DNA of 64,000 bases from Candidatus Staskawiczbacteria bacterium. GTDB lineage: Bacteria; Patescibacteriota; Minisyncoccia; Minisyncoccales; Staskawiczbacteraceae. The stretch covers positions 79,309 through 143,308 of the forward strand of contig CAISIO010000006.1 in NCBI GenBank assembly GCA_903885445.1, in the 5' to 3' direction. Positions 1-8,056 of the stretch are shown in pieces. The notes under the pieces were generated by a model that saw only the letters and a list, made by a program, of their open reading frames with translations, had not been told where the DNA came from and made no database searches. Every line of letters begins with the position of its first letter. The stretch's first letter is position 1. A program made the position numbers and the translations under genes.

Positions 1-95
1 TTAGGCTTCAACCACTCCTCCCATATGTAATCTAGATACTCTTGCGTCGGGAACACCGACGCAGGCAGCCAACGACCCTCAACCATCTGAGGCAT
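1..95 (-). CDS. N-terminal fragment of a G+C-rich ORF that continues beyond the left window edge; function unknown
   Basis: ATG at 95 (minus) with AAAGGA 7 nt upstream. The frame stays open to position 1 (MPQMVEGRWLPASVFPTQEYLDYIWEEWLKP...). It is missing from the ORF track only because it is truncated. Composition matches 261..548. Confidence 0.35.
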   Translation of the reverse strand, partial: MPQMVEGRWLPASVFPTQEYLDYIWEEWLKP

Positions 96-156
96 TCAGT
101 TGTCCTTTCAACGAACAAACAAAGGTGCGCCTACTACTTTTCGACACTCCGATGAT

Positions 157-184
157 ATTATACCCCTTAAAAAAACATTGTCAA
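157..184 (-). promoter_or_regulatory. sigma70-like promoter for the truncated ORF at 95..1
   Basis: Minus strand reads TTGACA (184..179), a 16-nt spacer, then TATAAT (162..157). It lies in an AT-rich gap between two G+C-rich ORFs. Confidence 0.4.
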
Positions 185-195
185 TCTAAAATTAT

Positions 196-231
196 AAAAA
201 AAGACGGCCTGGCGTTCGCGGACGCCAGGCC
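196..231 (-). terminator. Rho-independent terminator downstream of ORF 261..548
   Basis: Perfect 10-bp inverted repeat GGCCTGGCGT/ACGCCAGGCC (206..231) with a 6-nt loop. On the minus strand it is followed by GTC and a run of seven T (202..196). Confidence 0.75.
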
Positions 232-260
232 AAAGAATGATTGGAGAGGGGTTGACTAGC

Positions 261-548
261 CTAGCTTCGGGGTCGCTGTCGCAGGTCAGGCCTCCTGCAT
301 AGGGTTTTCTGCCCCTCTTTACCGCGGCCGGAGGACTTCTGCCAGGCGGCCACGATCAAGCCCTGGATGTCTTCCGGCTCGACGGGACGGATGTTAGCCG
401 TGATTGCACTGGCCAGAGAGCGCAACACACTGTCACCCGGCCGTGCTCCTTTTGAAACACGTTCCCGAAGAAACACCGCTTCGGGAGTTTGGGGCAAACG
501 ATGAGTGCGCGGTTGAGACGCGGTTGCCGTAGCTGCCACAGTCGTCAT
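261..548 (-). CDS. G+C-rich 95-aa hypothetical protein with a weak carrier-protein-like GDSV(L) motif
   Basis: ORF-track ORF with AAGGA 6 nt upstream of the ATG at 548 and a terminator 30 nt after the stop. I recognise no family. The PGDSVLRSLASAI segment loosely resembles the GxDS(L/I) phosphopantetheine site of ACP/PCP. Confidence 0.55.
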   Translation of the reverse strand: MTTVAATATASQPRTHRLPQTPEAVFLRERVSKGARPGDSVLRSLASAITANIRPVEPEDIQGLIVAAWQKSSGRGKEGQKTLCRRPDLRQRPRS

Positions 549-627
549 GGATCGTCCTTTGTCCTAGTTCTACTCTGTTTCACTGATCACTAATGATACA
601 AGACGTGAGAACCCCCAAGAAACCCCG

Positions 628-696
628 CTAGATTGGATCACCTCCTTCCATGGAAGATTTCAACGAACTTAACCTCGAACACGATTGTTTCGCCAT
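628..696 (-). CDS. Candidate 22-aa mini-ORF (MAKQSCSRLSSLKSSMEGGDPI) in the leader of ORF 261..548
   Basis: AAGGAG (708..703), a 6-nt spacer, then ATG at 696; stop TAG at 630..628. It lies downstream of the promoter at 732..760. It is too short for the ORF track and there is no homology evidence. Confidence 0.25.
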   Translation of the reverse strand: MAKQSCSRLSSLKSSMEGGDPI

Positions 697-731
697 AGTC
701 GGCTCCTTCATCTAATGGCGCTTTCACAATT

Positions 732-760
732 ACTATAGCCCTTTCGTAAATTAATGTCAA
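732..760 (-). promoter_or_regulatory. sigma70-like promoter driving the mini-ORF and the 95-aa ORF
   Basis: Minus strand reads TTGACA (760..755), a 17-nt spacer, then TATAGT (737..732). Confidence 0.4.
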
Positions 761-799
761 TCTTTATTTCGAACCAAATAAAATGTATAATTTTTGAAT

Positions 800-1345
800 A
801 TGATTATAATAATTGGTTTGGGAAATCCCGGAGAACAATATAAAAACACTCGGCACAATATCGGGTTCATGGCAGTTGACGAGTTCGCGAAAAAAAATAG
901 TTTTCCCGAGTTTGAGTTGCAAAAAAAATCCAATGCGCTGGTTTCTGCAAGCAACGACATATTGCTGGCAAAGCCTCAGACATTTATGAACGATTCTGGC
1001 AAGGCAGTAAAAGAAATCTGTAAAAACAAAAAATCCGCGGACTTGATTATAATCCACGACGATATAGACCTGCCGTTGGGAAAAATAAAAATAGTAAAAG
1101 ACCGCGGTTCTGCCGGACACAAAGGAGTCGAGTCTATAATCCAAAACATCGGAAACGACGGATTAATAAGATTTAGAATTGGAATTGGTTCGGAAAATAA
1201 AGTTGAAGCAATGAAGGTTGTTTTGAAAAACTTCTCGACAGAAGAACAAAAAATACTAAACGAGGTTTTGAAAAAAATAGTCAGCGCCCTTGATTTATTT
1301 GTAGCCGAAGGATTGGAAAAAACAATGAATGAATATAATAAATAA
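800..1345 (+). CDS. pth: peptidyl-tRNA hydrolase
   Basis: MIIIIGLGNPGEQYKNTRHNIGF and the later IIHDDIDLPLGKIK..GSAGHKG blocks are typical Pth. The ORF-track start at 794 is TTG; the first ATG is at 800. Confidence 0.9.
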   Translation: MIIIIGLGNPGEQYKNTRHNIGFMAVDEFAKKNSFPEFELQKKSNALVSASNDILLAKPQTFMNDSGKAVKEICKNKKSADLIIIHDDIDLPLGKIKIVKDRGSAGHKGVESIIQNIGNDGLIRFRIGIGSENKVEAMKVVLKNFSTEEQKILNEVLKKIVSALDLFVAEGLEKTMNEYNK

Positions 1346-3377
1346 AGAGATAAACCAATTGCTGATAGTTGGCGTCACCCCCTATTTTCTGGATAAGGGG
1401 GTTTTATGGTATGAAGAAAACCTGCAAAAAATACTGACTGCTCGAGAGACGCAGCCGTTTTTTGCAGAGAATGTGATTTTTTTGCAGAAAGACCATAGTT
1501 TCCAGTTCGCGCAGTTTTTAAGAAAGCTTGATGAAATGGGGTACGAAAGGGTTTTCAAGGTTTCTGAACCAGGCGAGTTCTCCCAACGCGGAGGAATAGT
1601 TGATGTGTTCCCGATTAATTTGATGAACGCGATGCGTTTGGATTTTCTGGGAAACGAAGTTGACGCAATAAAAATATTGGAAGACATAAAAATTACTGAC
1701 GAAGAAAAATCAAAAGAAATTCTAAAGAAAAAATTAAAATCCCAAAAAATATTTTCGGAATTAAAAGGATTAAAACCGGGAGATTATTTGGTCCACTTAG
1801 ACCACGGCATAGGAAAATTTGTGGGGATAGAAAATTTTGAGATGCAAAGCACGAAATTCGAAATACAAATTGAAAATCGAGGAACCCTGACAGCGGCCAG
1901 AATAAATCCGGACGAAGAAAATCCTAAAAGCGAAAATGAATATTATGTTCTTGAATATGACAAAGAAGATAAATTGTATGTCCCGCTGGGATTGGAAAGA
2001 AAATTATCAAGGTATGTTGGTTTCCAGGATCCTAAGGTTTCCAGACTGGGCTCGTCCATTTGGCAGAAAACAAAGGGCGTAATAAAAGAAGCTGTTGAAA
2101 AGTTGGCAAAGGAATTATTGCAATTGTATGCGCAAAAAGAAACCGTAGAAAGAGCGCCGTATTCAGGAGATAAAGAGCTTGAATCGCAATTTAAGTCGGG
2201 TTTTGAGTTTCAGGAAACGCCAGACCAGCTCCAGGCGATTGAAGACATTAGAAAAGATTTGCAAAAAGCAAAACCAATGGACAGGATTGTCTGCGGAGAT
2301 GTGGGCTTTGGTAAAACAGAAGTGGCAATGCGCACTGCTTTGCTGGCTTCTATAAATAACAGGCAAACTGTTTTAATCTGCCCTACCACAATTTTGGCGA
2401 ATCAGCATTTCAATTCTTTCAGAAAAAGATTTGAGAACTTACCAGTAAGAATTGCACAGCTTTCGGGGCTTCAAACAAAAACCGAACAGAAAAAAGTTAT
2501 CAATGATTTGAAAGAAGGAAGAATAGATATTGTAATTGGCACACACCGTCTTTTGTCAAAAGATATCGGATTTAAAAACCTACAACTTTTAATTATTGAT
2601 GACGAACAAAAATTCGGCGTAAAACAAAAAGAAAGACTAAGACAATTAAAAACCAGCTTGGACGTTTTAAGCCTGTCGGCAACTCCTATTCCACGGACTA
2701 TTTATCTGGCGCTTTCTTCTTTGAAAAATATAAGTTTAATGCAAACTCCTCCAAATGGAAGGCAGGCAATAAAAACAGAGGTTTTAAAATATAAAACAAA
2801 AGCTGTTAAAAGAATAATCGACGAGGAATTAAAAAGAAAAGGCCAGGTTTTTTATTTGCACAACCGGGTCCAAACAATTGAAGCAAAAGTCAGAGAACTA
2901 AAAGAGCTCTGCCCGAAAGCGAAAATCAGCTCGATTCATGGAAGCATTGCAGAAAAACAATTAATAAGAATAATGGACGAATTTCAAAAAGAGAAGACAA
3001 ATGTTTTGGTTGCCACAACAATTATTGAAAACGGGCTAGATATTCCAAACGTAAACACAATTATAATAGAAGACTCCGCGCGACTAGGGCTTTCGCAGGC
3101 ACACCAGATAAGAGGCCGGGTTGGCAGGTCGGGCACAAAAAGTTTTGCCTATTTTATGTACAATGAAAAATCTTTAACTCCTTTAGTAAAAGATAGGTTA
3201 AAAGCTTTAGAAGACGCGCAGGAATTGGGAGCAGGATATAGAATCGCAATAAGAGACTTGGAATTGCGGGGAGCAGGAAATATTTTAGGCAAAGAGCAAT
3301 CTGGCGCCATAAACAAAATCGGTTTAAATTTGTATTCCCAAATGATCTCTGAAGCCATCGAAAAATTCAAACAATAA
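1329..3377 (+). CDS. mfd: transcription-repair coupling factor, short form (682 aa)
   Basis: CarD/RID-like GDYLVHLDHGIGKF. SF2 translocase motifs GDVGFGKTEVAMR, DEQKFGV and QIRGRVGRS. TRG-like RGAGNILGKEQSG. Confidence 0.85.
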   Translation: MNIINKEINQLLIVGVTPYFLDKGVLWYEENLQKILTARETQPFFAENVIFLQKDHSFQFAQFLRKLDEMGYERVFKVSEPGEFSQRGGIVDVFPINLMNAMRLDFLGNEVDAIKILEDIKITDEEKSKEILKKKLKSQKIFSELKGLKPGDYLVHLDHGIGKFVGIENFEMQSTKFEIQIENRGTLTAARINPDEENPKSENEYYVLEYDKEDKLYVPLGLERKLSRYVGFQDPKVSRLGSSIWQKTKGVIKEAVEKLAKELLQLYAQKETVERAPYSGDKELESQFKSGFEFQETPDQLQAIEDIRKDLQKAKPMDRIVCGDVGFGKTEVAMRTALLASINNRQTVLICPTTILANQHFNSFRKRFENLPVRIAQLSGLQTKTEQKKVINDLKEGRIDIVIGTHRLLSKDIGFKNLQLLIIDDEQKFGVKQKERLRQLKTSLDVLSLSATPIPRTIYLALSSLKNISLMQTPPNGRQAIKTEVLKYKTKAVKRIIDEELKRKGQVFYLHNRVQTIEAKVRELKELCPKAKISSIHGSIAEKQLIRIMDEFQKEKTNVLVATTIIENGLDIPNVNTIIIEDSARLGLSQAHQIRGRVGRSGTKSFAYFMYNEKSLTPLVKDRLKALEDAQELGAGYRIAIRDLELRGAGNILGKEQSGAINKIGLNLYSQMISEAIEKFKQ

Positions 3378-3409
3378 AAAAGAGGGGCGCTGGCTGTTTG
3401 CCAGTCCCC
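3371..3409 (-). terminator. Rho-independent terminator of the FabZ-like gene
   Basis: Imperfect hairpin GGGGcgCTGGC/GCCAGtCCCC (3384..3409) starting at the TAG stop. On the minus strand it is followed by TCTTTTTTAT. Confidence 0.6.
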
Positions 3410-3987
3410 TACGACTCTTGCTCAATCCTGCTCGGATCGAAGGCCACGAGCGATACAGAACCGATAGTTGCCTTTTTCTTTCCGCCCACCTTGGCGACCA
3501 TTCTTCCGCCCTCGATAAGGACGACCCCGCCTAATTCATCGGCGCTCAACTCAGCCCTCATCTCAAGGCAGACGGTTTCACCAGGACGAACAAATCCGCT
3601 GAACTTTGCGGAAGTTACCTCCCTGGCCGCCAACTTCTTGCCCTCCAGCATTTCGCTTATCTCCGGGTCGCGGTAGTGGAACAGAAAAACGCCGAGCAGC
3701 TGGAAGGCCATCTCAATGATATCAACCCCGCGGTGAACTCGCATGCCCTTTACGGGTTCATGCCCTTCGCAGAGCTTGTCCGTAACCTTGAAAGAACCCA
3801 CGACCGCTGTCTTCGTTATTCTGACCTCGTCGAGCAACAGCTTGTCCCCTTCGTGGAAGAGTATCTCCTGGATTTTCTGCTTGTCGACGATGATTTCCTT
3901 GACTTCCTCTTCTTTCGGGGGCTCTTCTTTCGGGGGCTCTTCTTTCGTCTTGTCTCCGCCAAAAGGCCAGAAATTAAACTTCTTCAT
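3409..3987 (-). CDS. G+C-rich FabZ/FabA-like hotdog-fold dehydratase homologue with an N-terminal PKEEP repeat
   Basis: ILFHEGDKLLLDEV and CEGHEPVKGMRVHRGVDIIEMAFQ align with the FabZ blocks LPHRxPFLLVDxV and GHFPxxPvMPGVLxiEaxAQ. The in-frame ATG at 3987 has GGAGAAG upstream, so the longer ORF-track N-terminus is rejected. Confidence 0.7.
   Translation of the reverse strand: MKKFNFWPFGGDKTKEEPPKEEPPKEEEVKEIIVDKQKIQEILFHEGDKLLLDEVRITKTAVVGSFKVTDKLCEGHEPVKGMRVHRGVDIIEMAFQLLGVFLFHYRDPEISEMLEGKKLAAREVTSAKFSGFVRPGETVCLEMRAELSADELGGVVLIEGGRMVAKVGGKKKATIGSVSLVAFDPSRIEQES
3907..3947. repeat. 15-nt tandem repeat, about 2.7 copies, inside the FabZ-like gene
   Basis: CTCTTCTTTCGGGGG occurs at 3907..3921 and 3922..3936, with a partial third copy to 3947. 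On the minus strand it encodes EEPPKEEPPKEEE. Confidence 0.9.
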
Positions 3988-4052
3988 GGGCTTCTCCGTG
4001 TATCTGGTTCGATGGCTGCTTGGTTGTACAAAGGGCTGCTTAACACACGATA

Positions 4053-4080
4053 ATAATACCACGAAATAATAAAAATGCAA
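4053..4080 (-). promoter_or_regulatory. Possible promoter of the FabZ-like gene
   Basis: Minus strand reads TTGCAT (4080..4075), a 16-nt spacer, then TATTAT (4058..4053), preceded by TGg (extended -10-like). Confidence 0.3.
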
Positions 4081-4158
4081 GGTCAATTATGTTCAAATTG
4101 AATTTATGTGCTATATTAAGAAAAACAAACGTATTAATAACTGGCAAATAAATAAAAA

Positions 4159-6195
4159 ATGAAAAGCTTAGTAATAGTTGAAAGTCCGACAAAAGCAAAG
4201 ACAATTCAGAAGTTTTTGGGAAGCGACTTTATTATTAAGTCGTCTTTTGGTCATGTAAGAGATTTACCAAAAAGAGAACTTGGAGTTGATGTTGAAAATG
4301 GATTCAAGCCAAAATATATTATACCGACAAAAGCCAAAAAGGTTGTCGCCGACCTTAAAAAAGAATCAAAAAATGCAGATGTTACCATACTGGCGACCGA
4401 CGAAGACCGCGAAGGAGAGTCCATTGCATGGCATTTGCAGGAAGCCTTAAAGTTAAAAGACCCTCAAAGAATTGTGTTCCACGAAATTACCAAAACCGCA
4501 ATTGAGCAGGCCTTAAAAACGCCGAGACACATTGATATTAATTTAGTGGACGCCCAGCAGGCGAGAAGAATTTTAGACAGGATTGTGGGTTACAAACTTT
4601 CACCGTTTTTGTGGAAAAAAGTCGCCAAAGGCCTTTCAGCCGGTAGGGTGCAATCGGTTGCCTTAAAACTGGTTGTCGAAAAAGAAAGGGAAATTGGGAA
4701 ATTTATCGCCGAGGAATACTGGAGCGTTGAAGCTTTACTTAAAAAATTGGGAAAAGAATTCAGCGCTTCGCTGATTAAAAATGGCGAGAAACCAATTGAG
4801 AAGTTAGAAATAAAAAACAAAACCGAAGCTGATAAAATTCTAAGTGAATTAAATAACGCAGGTTATATTGTTGAATCGGTAGAAAAAAAGGAAACGAAAA
4901 GATTCCCCGCTCCCCCTTTTACAACCAGCACTTTGCAACAGGCGGCCTGGCAAAGATTTAAATTTTCGGCAAAACAGACAATGATGTTGGCGCAAAGGCT
5001 TTATGAAGAAGGAAATATTACTTACCACAGGACCGATTCTTTAAATCTTTCTGAAATGTCTTTAAGCGCGGCAAAAGATTTTATATTGGGAAAATATGGC
5101 AAAGATTATTGGGCGGGGAAACCGGTGCACTACAAAACAAAATCGGCCGGAGCACAGGAGGCCCACGAAGCCATAAGGCCGGCTTACGCGGAAAAAAGCC
5201 CGGACACGCTAAAAGGAATAGACGCCAGGCAATTAAAACTTTACACCTTGATATGGCAGAGATTTATCGCATGCCAAATGACACATGCGACATTTGATTC
5301 CGTATCAGCGGATATTAAAGCAAACGATTATACTTTCCGCGCCAACGGCCAGACATTAAAATTTGAAGGATTTTTAAAAGTTTATCCGACAAAAACTGAA
5401 GAAACCGAGCTCCCGGATTTGGAAAAAAATGATAAGTTGGATCTTTCAAAACTGGACTCTATTCAGCATTTTACAGAACCTCCTGCGCGATACACCGAAG
5501 CCAGTTTGATTAAGGCTTTAGAAAAACACGGAGTTGGCAGGCCATCAACTTACGCTTCTATTTTGTCTGCCATCCAGGACAGGAATTATGTTTTCAAAAA
5601 CGACCAAAAACGCCTTTTCCCAAGCGAAATGGGTATAATAGTCAACGATGTTTTAGTGCAAAATTTTCCCGAAGTAGTTGATATTGATTTTACTGCAAAA
5701 ATGGAAAAGGAACTGGACGAGATTGCAGACGGTAAGGACACGTGGGAAAAAACCTGCAAAGATTTTTATACTCCTTTCGCCAAGAACCTGAAAGAGAAAT
5801 ATGAAGAAGTTATAAAAGCTGATTTGACTAAAAAAACCGACAAAGTATGTCCCAAATGCGGGGCTCCATTAATTGAACGACTCGGAAGATTCGGACGGTT
5901 TTACGCCTGCTCAAAGTTTCCGGAGTGCAAGCACACGGAGTCAGTTGAAGGCGACCCTGACACCCTGAATATTTTCTGTCCAAAATGCAAAGAAGGAAAA
6001 GTAACGGGCAAAAGAACTAAAAAAGGAAAAACGTTTTACGGATGCAATAAATTTCCAAAATGCGATTTCGCTTTATGGGATAAACCTGTAAACGAACTTT
6101 GCCCGAAGTGCGATTCTTTATTAATAGAAAAAGGCAAAAAGATTGTGAAGTGCTCGAATAAAGAATGCGATTACGTCAAAGATGCAAATAAATAA
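4159..6195 (+). CDS. topA: DNA topoisomerase I
   Basis: Toprim N-terminus LVIVESPTKAKTIQKFLG and DEDREGE. Catalytic-Tyr region ITYHRTDS. C-terminal CxxC zinc ribbons CPKCGAPL, CPKCKEG and CPKCDSL. Confidence 0.95.
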   Translation: MKSLVIVESPTKAKTIQKFLGSDFIIKSSFGHVRDLPKRELGVDVENGFKPKYIIPTKAKKVVADLKKESKNADVTILATDEDREGESIAWHLQEALKLKDPQRIVFHEITKTAIEQALKTPRHIDINLVDAQQARRILDRIVGYKLSPFLWKKVAKGLSAGRVQSVALKLVVEKEREIGKFIAEEYWSVEALLKKLGKEFSASLIKNGEKPIEKLEIKNKTEADKILSELNNAGYIVESVEKKETKRFPAPPFTTSTLQQAAWQRFKFSAKQTMMLAQRLYEEGNITYHRTDSLNLSEMSLSAAKDFILGKYGKDYWAGKPVHYKTKSAGAQEAHEAIRPAYAEKSPDTLKGIDARQLKLYTLIWQRFIACQMTHATFDSVSADIKANDYTFRANGQTLKFEGFLKVYPTKTEETELPDLEKNDKLDLSKLDSIQHFTEPPARYTEASLIKALEKHGVGRPSTYASILSAIQDRNYVFKNDQKRLFPSEMGIIVNDVLVQNFPEVVDIDFTAKMEKELDEIADGKDTWEKTCKDFYTPFAKNLKEKYEEVIKADLTKKTDKVCPKCGAPLIERLGRFGRFYACSKFPECKHTESVEGDPDTLNIFCPKCKEGKVTGKRTKKGKTFYGCNKFPKCDFALWDKPVNELCPKCDSLLIEKGKKIVKCSNKECDYVKDANK

Positions 6196-7930
6196 CGGCA
6201 TACAAAGGATCATAAACAAAAGTTCAGATCCCAAGCTTATTGAGGCTGTTTTTGAGTTTGCAAAAGAGGCGTACAAAGAAAGATCAAGGCCTTCCGGAGA
6301 AAATTATATTATGCATGCCGTAAAAGTGGCAACAACGCTTGATAAAATGGACCTCGATCCGACGACAATCGCTTTTGGTATTTTGCACGATATAATATAT
6401 GACGTTCCCGATTCCGCCAGAAAAGTTGAGATTAAAGAAATTGAAAAAAGATTTGGTAAGGAAATGGGCCATTTAGTGGAAAAAATTTCCGGCCTTAGCA
6501 AAATACGTTATTCTCTATCTGTCGGCATAAGAGATAAAAAAACATTCACCAGGGAAAAAATTGAAAACCTAAGAAGAATGTTTCTTGCTTTGTCGGAAGA
6601 CATAAGGGTGGTCTTAGTCGAACTTGTTTCAAGGCTGGATGAATTGGATATTTTGCACTATCTGCCCAAAGACAAGCAAATGTTGTATGCTCTAGAAACT
6701 TTGCAGATTTTCGTTCCGATTGCGAGCCGTCTGGGATTGTCCGAAATCAGAAGAAGCCTTGAAGATACCGCCTTTATGTATTTGTACCCGGAAAAATATA
6801 AATGGCTTAAAGAAAATATCAAAGAGCAGTATGAAGAAAGAGAGAAATATCTCAAAAAATTCATTCCCCATCTCCAAAAAATCTTTAAAAAAGAAAGAGT
6901 AAGAATTTTAGACATAAATTACAGGGTAAAATCTTATTGGAGCACATACCGAAAGCTTGCAAACCATGAAATGAACTTTAATAAAATCCACGACCTGATT
7001 GCGCTCAGGATAATTGCCCCTGATATTGAAAGCTGCTACCGGATTTTGGGCGTAGTGCATAAGCACTTTAAACCAATTTCCGAAGAAATAGATGACTATA
7101 TAGCAAAGCCTAAATCAAACGGCTACAGATCTTTGCACACCACTATTTTTTCGCAAGATGGAAAAATAACTGAAGTGCAGATAAGAACGGAAGAAATGCA
7201 AAGAGAAGCTGAATACGGCGTTTGCGCCCACTGGTCTTACAAAGAAAGAATCAATCTTAAAAAAGAGGGCGCAGATTTTGATTGGCTTAAAAATGTCCCT
7301 GATTTCTGGAAAACCTTTAAAATAGATTTTTTTACAAATAAAGTTTTCCCATTCACGCCAAAAGGAGACGTTATCGTTCTGCCGAAAAACTCAACGCCGG
7401 TTGACTTTGCGTATGCGGTGCATTCAGATATCGGCAACCATTGCGAATCGGCAAAGATCGGCGGAAAAATAGTTCCGCTTGACCATATTTTAGAAAATGG
7501 TGACCTGGTGGAAATCACCATAAATAAAAACAAAAAACCGTCAAAGGATTGGCTTAATTTTGTTAAAACGTCCCTGGCAAAGTCAAACATAAAAAAACTG
7601 ACCGGCGAAGAAGGATCAGCTTTGAGATTCCCCTTATCTATTCCCGGTTTTATAAAAAGAAAAATATCAGAAATTTCCGAGGCTTCAAGAAAAAAAAGAG
7701 AAGAAAAACAAAAAGTAGGAAAAGGGAAAATACGCCAGATATATCTGGCAGGACAAAAAGGAATTTATATACACATAGCCAAATGTTGCAATCCTCAGCC
7801 AGGAGATAAGGTGGGCGCGTATGTCCCCCAAAACAGGGCTCCGGCAATTTTACACCGGCTATCCTGCAATAATTTCAAGAAAATAGCCGAGAAATTCCCG
7901 GAAAAAATAATCGATGCTTCGTGGGAGTAG
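6182..7930 (+). CDS. RelA/SpoT-homologue (p)ppGpp synthetase/hydrolase
   Basis: HD hydrolase region (HAVKVA..GILHD). Synthetase block (YRSLHTTI, EVQIRT). TGS domain (FTPKGDVIVLPKNSTPVDFAYAVHSDIG). Confidence 0.9.
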   Translation: MQINNGIQRIINKSSDPKLIEAVFEFAKEAYKERSRPSGENYIMHAVKVATTLDKMDLDPTTIAFGILHDIIYDVPDSARKVEIKEIEKRFGKEMGHLVEKISGLSKIRYSLSVGIRDKKTFTREKIENLRRMFLALSEDIRVVLVELVSRLDELDILHYLPKDKQMLYALETLQIFVPIASRLGLSEIRRSLEDTAFMYLYPEKYKWLKENIKEQYEEREKYLKKFIPHLQKIFKKERVRILDINYRVKSYWSTYRKLANHEMNFNKIHDLIALRIIAPDIESCYRILGVVHKHFKPISEEIDDYIAKPKSNGYRSLHTTIFSQDGKITEVQIRTEEMQREAEYGVCAHWSYKERINLKKEGADFDWLKNVPDFWKTFKIDFFTNKVFPFTPKGDVIVLPKNSTPVDFAYAVHSDIGNHCESAKIGGKIVPLDHILENGDLVEITINKNKKPSKDWLNFVKTSLAKSNIKKLTGEEGSALRFPLSIPGFIKRKISEISEASRKKREEKQKVGKGKIRQIYLAGQKGIYIHIAKCCNPQPGDKVGAYVPQNRAPAILHRLSCNNFKKIAEKFPEKIIDASWE

Positions 7931-7972
7931 TCTTGAAAATCCCGGCAAAATAATATAATATAAGCGAAATAA

Positions 7973-8056
7973 GCCGAGGTGGCGGAACTGGCAGACGCAC
8001 GGGACTCAAAATCCCGCGATCGCAAGGTCATGAGGGTTCAATTCCCTCCCTCGGCA
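7973..8056 (+). tRNA. tRNA-Leu (anticodon CAA), type II with a long variable arm
   Basis: Acceptor GCCGAGG/CCTCGGC plus discriminator A. Anticodon stem CGGGA/TCCCG with loop CTCAAAA. T arm GAGGG-TTCAATT-CCCTC. CCA is not encoded. Confidence 0.9.

Noticed and set aside
633-647. Possible 16S rRNA gene fragment
   Set aside because: Only 15 nt match the 16S 3' terminus. The preceding sequence does not resemble helix 45 or the GGTAACCGTAGG region, so this is not an rRNA gene remnant.
794-799. TTG start for pth at 794, and the idea of a leaderless pth mRNA from the TGTATAAT box at 784..791
   Set aside because: The ATG at 800 gives the canonical MIIIIGLGNPG N-terminus. The leaderless idea rests on a single -10-like box in AT-rich sequence, where such boxes arise by chance.
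3398-4069. Plus-strand ORFs 3398..3676, 3676..4053 and 3743..4069, antisense to the FabZ-like gene
   Set aside because: They are low-complexity Ser/Pro/Leu-rich translations with no motifs. Such shadow ORFs are typical of G+C-rich DNA. The promoter, SD and terminator all point to the minus strand.
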